A stretch of 64,000 bases of DNA from Candidatus Yanofskybacteria bacterium (GTDB taxonomy: Bacteria; Patescibacteriota; Minisyncoccia; 2-02-FULL-40-12; IGHO2-01-FULL-4-A). Made by a program: the position numbers and the translations under genes. Below the pieces are notes generated by a model that saw only the letters and a program-made list of their open reading frames with translations, did no database searches and was not told where the DNA came from. This document shows positions 58,641 to 64,000 of the stretch, in pieces. The number at the start of each line of letters is the position of its first letter. Position 1 is the stretch's first letter. The stretch is from positions 75,778-139,777 of the forward strand of contig JACOZV010000001.1 of the NCBI GenBank assembly GCA_016181175.1, in the 5' to 3' direction.

Positions 58641-58979
58641 ATGCCAAGCAAAAAAGACAAAACACCAGAAGTAGCCCAACAACGAATTAGAATCAAATTG
58701 AGGGCTTATGATAATAAGATTATTGATAAGTCTGCCAAGCAGATCGTTGAAACGATTGAAAGAAACGGTGGCAAGGTTATTGGCCCAGTGCCATTACCGA
58801 CAGAGATCCGCAAGTATACAGTCAATCGCTCCGCTTTTATAGATAAAAATTCCCGTGAACAATTTGAAATGCGTGTTCACAAAAGATTAATAGATATTTT
58901 CGGTCCCAATTCCAAAATTATAGATTCCCTAATGAATCTTAACCTACCAGCCGGTGTAGATATTGAATTGAAAATGTAA
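58641..58979 (+). CDS. rpsJ: 30S ribosomal protein S10
   Basis: …[27 protein letters not shown]…[10 protein letters not shown]…. Confidence 0.95.
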   Translation: MPSKKDKTPEVAQQRIRIKLRAYDNKIIDKSAKQIVETIERNGGKVIGPVPLPTEIRKYTVNRSAFIDKNSREQFEMRVHKRLIDIFGPNSKIIDSLMNLNLPAGVDIELKM

Positions 58980-59147
58980 TTTTCAATTCAATATCTACAC
59001 CGCAACGAAGGGGTCGGGAAACAATGATGGTTTCCCGATGAGGAAGTTGGAAACCGCTTGGTTTCCAAGAGTGGGAGCGGTGCCCTAGCGAGCGAAGCGA
59101 GCGGTGGAGGGGCCCACGATGGAATAGATATTGAACTTAAGATGTAG
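58953..59147 (+). other. Perfect 22-bp hairpin spanning the rpsJ stop codon, plus an inserted structured segment of about 140 nt ending in a duplicate of the last 27 nt of rpsJ
   Basis: GGTGTAGATATTGAATTGAAAA-TGTAA-TTTTCAATTCAATATCTACACC (58953-59001); duplicate GGAATAGATATTGAACTTAAGATGTAG (59121-59147) encodes GIDIELKM*, matching the rpsJ C-terminus GVDIELKM*. Confidence 0.55.
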
Positions 59148-59326
59148 TTAAGACATAATCGGATTCAATGGTGCCAGATGTCGTTATCGTTTATCGATGC
59201 CGACATTTGTTACTTTCTGTGAAGTAACAATATAACTTAATGGTTTTAATTTTTAATAAAACCTAATTCGCACAAACTGATTTAGCTTTTGGTTATTTTG
59301 CCCAGCTAGATCTGGGTTTTTGTTTT

Positions 59327-59926
59327 ATGTCATTTATCCTTGGTAAAAAAATTGGAATGACCCAAATTTTTCAGGAAGATGGAACCGTAACTCCCGTAAC
59401 TTTGGTTGAAGCCGGTCCAGTTACTGTTACGCAGGTAAGGGTTAAAGACAAAGATGGCTACGAAGCGGTGCAGGTCGGTTACGGTAATGACAAAAAACTT
59501 AATAAACCCAAGGGCGGACACTTAAAAGATCTCAAACCGCTCAAAGTATTAAGGGAAACAAAAGTACTGAATGATAAAAAAAGAGGTGACGAAATAGATG
59601 TTTCCGCATTTGGTATTGGTGACAAAGTAAAGGTAAGCGGTTTCTCTAAGGCCAGAGGATTTCAGGGTGTGGTCAAGAGACACGGTTTCCATGGAATGCC
59701 TGCCAGTCATGGCCATCATCACGTTTTACGCCATGGCGGTTCCATCGGCCAACGTTTTCCCCAGCATACTCTCAAGGGTATGCGCATGGCCGGACGCATG
59801 GGCGGCAAGAGAATAACAACGAGAGGATTAAAAATTTTAAATATTGATAAAGAAAATAATCTTTTGGCAATAAAGGGAGCAATTCCCGGCCGCCGAGGAA
59901 CATTATTAGAAATAACAAAAATATGA
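59327..59926 (+). CDS. rplC: 50S ribosomal protein L3
   Basis: 199 aa; canonical L3 blocks. Confidence 0.95.
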   Translation: MSFILGKKIGMTQIFQEDGTVTPVTLVEAGPVTVTQVRVKDKDGYEAVQVGYGNDKKLNKPKGGHLKDLKPLKVLRETKVLNDKKRGDEIDVSAFGIGDKVKVSGFSKARGFQGVVKRHGFHGMPASHGHHHVLRHGGSIGQRFPQHTLKGMRMAGRMGGKRITTRGLKILNIDKENNLLAIKGAIPGRRGTLLEITKI

Positions 59927-60050
59927 ATCCCGTACGAGACAGCTAGGTCTAAAGTTAAAGGTAAAAATAATAAAATTAGCACTAACTGTTTTGGCGGGAT
60001 AACTTAAAAGATATGGATTAGGTTTATAACCTAATCCTGTCTCGTACGGG
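59927..60050 (+). promoter_or_regulatory. rplC-rplD intercistronic element: ATCCCGTACGAGACAGC … hairpin GGATTAGGTTTATAACCTAATCC plus CCTGTCTCGTACGGG-ATG(rplD)
   Basis: 17-bp inverted termini (59927-59943 / 60036-60050) flank a 92-nt spacer; the module abuts the rplD start. Confidence 0.55.
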
Positions 60051-60716
60051 ATGAAAATAGAATTATACAATCAAGCTGGTGAAGTTGTTGGTACGGTTGA
60101 TCTGTCCGATAAGGTTTTTGGTTTAACTATGAATGGGGAGTTGGTAAAGCAAGTTGTTGATGCGCAGGTAGCCAATTCAAGACAAGTGATTGCTCATACA
60201 AAAGACCGCAGTGAAGTGCGAGGTGGCGGTCGCAAGCCGTGGCGGCAAAAGGGAACAGGCCGAGCCAGGCATGCTTCTATCAGATCGCCGATTTGGAAGG
60301 GCGGGGGTGTTGCGTTCGGTCCCACCAAAGAAAGGAATTTCGAGAAAAAAATAAATAAAAAAATGAAACGCAGGGCATTGTTTATGGCTTTATCAAGCAA
60401 GGCCAAAGACAAAGCATTATTATTATTAGATGACCTTAAATTAGAAACTCCAAAAACCAAACTAGGAGCCAATGTAATCAAAACCTTATCTTCCAAGATG
60501 GAAGGATATCGGGCATCCAAGCAAAAGATGGATTCGATTTTATTGATAACTTCTGATCAAAATCAAACCATTGTCCGCACTTTTAATAATTTACCGTTTG
60601 TTGGCATATTACCAGCCAAAAGTTTGAACGTTAGAGATGTCTTGAGTAAGAAGTATCTGATTTTGTTACAAAATGCGGTGCCGGTAATTGAGAAAACATT
60701 CAGAATTTCTAATTAA
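60051..60716 (+). CDS. rplD: 50S ribosomal protein L4
   Basis: 221 aa; …RGGGRKPWRQKGTGRARHASIRSPIWKGGGVAFGP…. Confidence 0.95.
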   Translation: MKIELYNQAGEVVGTVDLSDKVFGLTMNGELVKQVVDAQVANSRQVIAHTKDRSEVRGGGRKPWRQKGTGRARHASIRSPIWKGGGVAFGPTKERNFEKKINKKMKRRALFMALSSKAKDKALLLLDDLKLETPKTKLGANVIKTLSSKMEGYRASKQKMDSILLITSDQNQTIVRTFNNLPFVGILPAKSLNVRDVLSKKYLILLQNAVPVIEKTFRISN

Positions 60717-60817
60717 CCCAATTACTAATTGATCTAAACAAATCGCAATACCCAAAATCTAATTAGTCATTTGTTGTTATTTAGTAATTAGAGCAATTAA
60801 TAATTAGAAATATATTT

Positions 60818-61210
60818 ATGGCATTATTTAGTAAAAATAAAAAAGAAAAAAAAGAAAGCCGCAAAGAAGAAGGTCAAAAAAATGTTGAGCAAGTCTTGCC
60901 TGTTAGCCCGTCTTTGCCTAAGGGTGAAAATGCCCATTCTTACAGCGTCATACTATATCCGCACATAACCGAGAAGGGAGCATTATTGGGCCAGGACAAT
61001 AAATATTTGTTTAAGGTTGCTGTTGGTGCCGACAAAACGGAAATAAAAAAGGCAATTGAAAGTTTGTACAAAGTTGCAGTTCAAAAAATTAATGTTCTTT
61101 ATGCGCATTCTAAGCTCAGGCGAGTTGGAAGACACGAAGGACATAAACCAGGATTTAAAAAGGCAATAGTAACATTAAAAGAAGGGAGCAAAATAGATAT
61201 AGCGGCATAA
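60818..61210 (+). CDS. rplW: 50S ribosomal protein L23 with a Lys/Glu-rich N-terminal extension
   Basis: …ILYPHITEKGALL…YLFKVAVGADKTEIKKAIESLYKV…. Confidence 0.9.
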   Translation: MALFSKNKKEKKESRKEEGQKNVEQVLPVSPSLPKGENAHSYSVILYPHITEKGALLGQDNKYLFKVAVGADKTEIKKAIESLYKVAVQKINVLYAHSKLRRVGRHEGHKPGFKKAIVTLKEGSKIDIAA

Positions 61211-61219
61211 ATTTCTAAA

Positions 61220-62047
61220 ATGTCTAAAAAATACAAACCCACAACCCCGGGACGGCGACAAATGCTGGGATATGATTTCTCAAATTTGTCGCGCGTAGAA
61301 TCACTCAAGCCGTTGACGGCTGGTTTTAGGCGTGCGGTCGGCAGGAATAACCAGGGAAGAGTAACATCGCGTCACCGTGGAGCAGGGGTCAAGCGGTTAT
61401 ATCGAGTTATAGATTTTAAGCAGAATAAATTAAACGTACCGGCGAAAGTTTTTTCAATAGAATATGACCCCAATCGTACGGTAAGAATAGCGCGATTACA
61501 CTATATTGACGGAGAAAAACGTTATATATTAGCTCCGGGTGGTTTAGCTGCTGGCAAGCAAGTTGTTACTGCCGAAAAGACTGCACTTGAACCGGGAAAC
61601 AGAATGAAACTCAAAAATATTCCGCAGGGCACGATGATCCATAATATAGAATTACATCCAGGCAAGGGAGGTCAATTAATACGTTCAGCTGGATCTGGCG
61701 CGACTGTATTGGCCCACGAAGGTGAATATGTGCAAGTGGTTTTACCATCATCTGAAGTGCGAAGATTTCATGGTGAGGTTATGGCATCAATCGGCCAGTT
61801 ATCCAATTCCGAGCATAGCTCTATAGTGATTGGCAAGGCAGGCAGGTCAAGATATCTCGGAAGGCGGCCAAAGGTGCGGGGTACGGCAATGAATCCAGTG
61901 GATCATCCGCATGGTGGCGGAGAGGGCAGACAACCTATTGGTATGCCGCATCCCAAGACTCCGTGGGGCAAACCAGCACTGGGTGTTAAAACAAGGAACA
62001 AAAAAAAGAAATCAAGTAAATTTATAGTTAGACGTAGAAAGAAATAA
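61220..62047 (+). CDS. rplB: 50S ribosomal protein L2
   Basis: 275 aa; …[10 protein letters not shown]…. Confidence 0.97.
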   Translation: MSKKYKPTTPGRRQMLGYDFSNLSRVESLKPLTAGFRRAVGRNNQGRVTSRHRGAGVKRLYRVIDFKQNKLNVPAKVFSIEYDPNRTVRIARLHYIDGEKRYILAPGGLAAGKQVVTAEKTALEPGNRMKLKNIPQGTMIHNIELHPGKGGQLIRSAGSGATVLAHEGEYVQVVLPSSEVRRFHGEVMASIGQLSNSEHSSIVIGKAGRSRYLGRRPKVRGTAMNPVDHPHGGGEGRQPIGMPHPKTPWGKPALGVKTRNKKKKSSKFIVRRRKK

Positions 62048-62051
62048 ATTT

Positions 62052-62393
62052 ATGAGTCGAAGTATCAAAAAAGGCGTATATGTGGATGAGAAACTGATGA
62101 AAAAGGTCAGCAAACTTAGAGTTGGTGATAAAACAGTAATCAAGACGTGGGCAAGGGCTTCAACGATTGTGCCTGAAATGGTGGGTTTTACTTTCGGCGT
62201 GCATAATGGCAAGACACATTTACCGGTTTTGGTTACAGAAGATATGGTTGGACACAAACTTGGCGAGTTTTCACCGACGCGCAAGTTTAGCCGTCACGGT
62301 GGCAGAATGCAGCGTGAGATAGAAGCTGCGGCCAGACAAAAAGAAATAGAAGCGGCGCAGGCGGCAAAGGTGGAACCCGAAGCCAAGAAGTAA
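62052..62393 (+). CDS. rpsS: 30S ribosomal protein S19 with a C-terminal extension
   Basis: …[18 protein letters not shown]…. Confidence 0.95.
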   Translation: MSRSIKKGVYVDEKLMKKVSKLRVGDKTVIKTWARASTIVPEMVGFTFGVHNGKTHLPVLVTEDMVGHKLGEFSPTRKFSRHGGRMQREIEAAARQKEIEAAQAAKVEPEAKK

Positions 62394-62481
62394 TTTTTTA
62401 ATTTTATAATTTTATAAATAATTTCTTAATTTTTAAACATTAATATTTATTTAAAAATTAAAAATTGGAAATTAAAAATTT
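62394..62481. repeat. AT-rich palindromic hairpin repeat (family A) splitting rpsS and rplV inside the S10 operon
   Basis: TAATTTTTTAATTTTATAATTTTATAAATAATTTCTTAATTTTTAAACATTAATATTTATTTAAAAATTAAAAATTGGAAATTAAAAATT, similar to 37306..37410. Confidence 0.75.
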
Positions 62482-62487
62482 AAGGAT

Positions 62488-63027
62488 ATGGAAGTAATCG
62501 CAAAACTTAATAATTTACGAATTTCGCCTAGAAAAGTAAGACTTGTTGCCAAGGCGATTAAGGGGATGGATGCAATGTCGGCGAAGCATCACCTCGATTA
62601 TATTATAAAAAAATCAAGCAATCCGATTTCAAAATTGCTTAGTTCGGCAATGGCTAACGGACACAATGGTCTCGGTCTTGTTAAAGAAAATCTTTTTATT
62701 AAAGATATTGTGGTTAACGAAGGACCAAAATTAAAAAGAATTATACCAAAGGGATTTGGTATGGCTTCACCAATCGAAAAGAAAACTTCGCATATAAAAA
62801 TAATATTGGAAGAAAAAGTTCCCGGGTTAAAAAGAGAAGAGACAGTGGTTAAAAAACAAGAGTTAAAAGTTGCGGAGCAGGAAATCCAAGCTGAGTCGGG
62901 TGGAACGAAAGAAGGAAAAATGCAGATCAAATTAAAGCCGGATATTAAAAAAGAAATTGGCAAAAAGGGCGGGATATTCGGACAGTCCGGTAAAATTAAA
63001 AAGTTTTTCAGAAGAAAAACGATATAG
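62488..63027 (+). CDS. rplV: 50S ribosomal protein L22 with a long Lys-rich C-terminal extension
   Basis: …NLRISPRKVRLVAKAIKGMDAMSAKHHLDYI…. Confidence 0.9.
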   Translation: MEVIAKLNNLRISPRKVRLVAKAIKGMDAMSAKHHLDYIIKKSSNPISKLLSSAMANGHNGLGLVKENLFIKDIVVNEGPKLKRIIPKGFGMASPIEKKTSHIKIILEEKVPGLKREETVVKKQELKVAEQEIQAESGGTKEGKMQIKLKPDIKKEIGKKGGIFGQSGKIKKFFRRKTI

Positions 63028-63101
63028 ATAACAGCGATTCCAATGCAATGATGACGTCCCACTTCGTGGGTCCCCGCCATCACATTGGAACCTTCGATGA
63101 C

Positions 63102-63734
63102 GTGGGACAGAAAATTTCTCCAACATCAATGAGAATTTCGGTAAATAAGGATTGGCTATCCCGCTGGTTTAATGTTAAAAAATATCCTGAATTTTTAAAG
63201 GAAGATGTTGCTATCAGAGAATTTTTATCAAAAAAGTTAAAAAATATGAGCGTTGATAGGGTGGGGATTGAACGTAGCCCAGATGTTTTAGCGATTACCG
63301 TGCATACTGCACGTCCAGGATTAATCATTGGTCGTGGCGGAACGGGTATCGAGGATTTGAAGCGTGAACTTGTAAAAATAGTTAAGCGCAAGACGGCAAT
63401 TCGTTTGGATATCCAAGAATTTAAAAATCCGGAAACTTCAGCCAAAATTGTTGCTGAACAGATGGCTGAACAAATAGAAAAAAGAATCCCGTATAGGCGC
63501 GTGCTCAAACAATCGCTTGCCAGAATTTTGTCTAATCGTGATGTAAAAGGTGCCAAAGTTGCTCTCGGTGGACGTTTGGACGGTAACGATATAGCCAGAA
63601 CAGAACATCTTGAGCAGGGAAGTTTGCCATTGCAGACACTAAGAGCAGATATTGATTTTGCTAAATTTACGGCCCACACGACTTATGGGACTGTGGGTAT
63701 CAAGGTTTGGATTTATAAAGGACTAAAATTTTAA
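63102..63734 (+). CDS. rpsC: 30S ribosomal protein S3, probable GTG start
   Basis: VGQKISPTSMRISVNKDWLSRWF… KH and S3-C domains; the upstream part of the 63048 ORF looks non-coding. Confidence 0.85.
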   Translation: MGQKISPTSMRISVNKDWLSRWFNVKKYPEFLKEDVAIREFLSKKLKNMSVDRVGIERSPDVLAITVHTARPGLIIGRGGTGIEDLKRELVKIVKRKTAIRLDIQEFKNPETSAKIVAEQMAEQIEKRIPYRRVLKQSLARILSNRDVKGAKVALGGRLDGNDIARTEHLEQGSLPLQTLRADIDFAKFTAHTTYGTVGIKVWIYKGLKF

Positions 63735-63737
63735 TTT

Positions 63738-64000
63738 ATGTTACAACCAAAACGCATAAAGCACCGCAAGGTTCATAAGGGAAAATTGAAAAAAGTCGCA
63801 ACGCGCGGTCATTATTTAAGTTTTGGTAGTTTTGGATTGAAAGCCATGGAGTCAAGTTGGCTGAAGGCTAATCAACTAGAGTCGGCAAGGCGTGCAATCG
63901 CTCATTTCATCCAACGTGGTGGCAAAATTTGGATAAGAGTATTTCCAGACAAACCACGAACTCAAAAGGGCGCTGAAGTGGGAATGGGTGGTGGCGCAGG
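63738..64000 (+). CDS. rplP: 50S ribosomal protein L16, truncated at the window end
   Basis: [24 protein letters not shown]…. Confidence 0.9.
   Translation, partial: MLQPKRIKHRKVHKGKLKKVATRGHYLSFGSFGLKAMESSWLKANQLESARRAIAHFIQRGGKIWIRVFPDKPRTQKGAEVGMGGGA

Overview
The window looks like a streamlined bacterial chromosome segment, probably from a Candidate Phyla Radiation (Patescibacteria)-type organism using the standard genetic code. Core genes are compact: valS, tsaD, infC-rpmI-rplT, the CCA-adding enzyme, rpoB-rpoC, ftsK, recA, rpsF-ssb-rpsR, tuf and the start of the S10/L3 ribosomal operon. There is also a six-gene tRNA cluster. Interspersed with these is an unusually dense set of selfish and structured elements.

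(1) A 23S rRNA gene of about 6.9 kb is unlinked from any 16S and is followed by a 5S gene. It is interrupted by at least eight insertions. Two are intron-like inserts carrying LAGLIDADG homing endonuclease genes. Two are stem-bounded intervening sequences (IVS) carrying open reading frames: one a GIY-YIG (YhbQ-like) nuclease gene, the other a 75-aa ORF with a perfect Shine-Dalgarno (SD) sequence. Two more are ORF-less structured inserts. The last two are copies of the palindromic repeat families described next.

(2) An AT-rich palindromic hairpin repeat of about 100 bp occurs at five loci, including inside the 23S gene. One copy carries a four-helix-bundle 23S-IVS-protein gene outside the rRNA.

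(3) A second hairpin family (CCCCGCACC ... GGTGCGGGG) occurs in the 23S, flanking the 5S, and upstream of tuf.

(4) A conserved module, a hairpin followed by TGTCTCGTACGGG-ATG, abuts the start codons of rpoB, ssb, rplD and one further gene. Inverted partner copies lie upstream.

(5) Two paralogous genes encoding an HTH domain plus a LAGLIDADG-like motif physically abut tRNA genes.

(6) A 15-kb locus encodes three giant cell-surface proteins of 1150, 2047 and 1820 aa.

No CRISPR array, reverse transcriptase or transposase was seen. All coordinates for RNA features and intron/exon boundaries are by-eye estimates of roughly +/-10-30 nt. Parts of the 23S central domain could not be resolved by eye.
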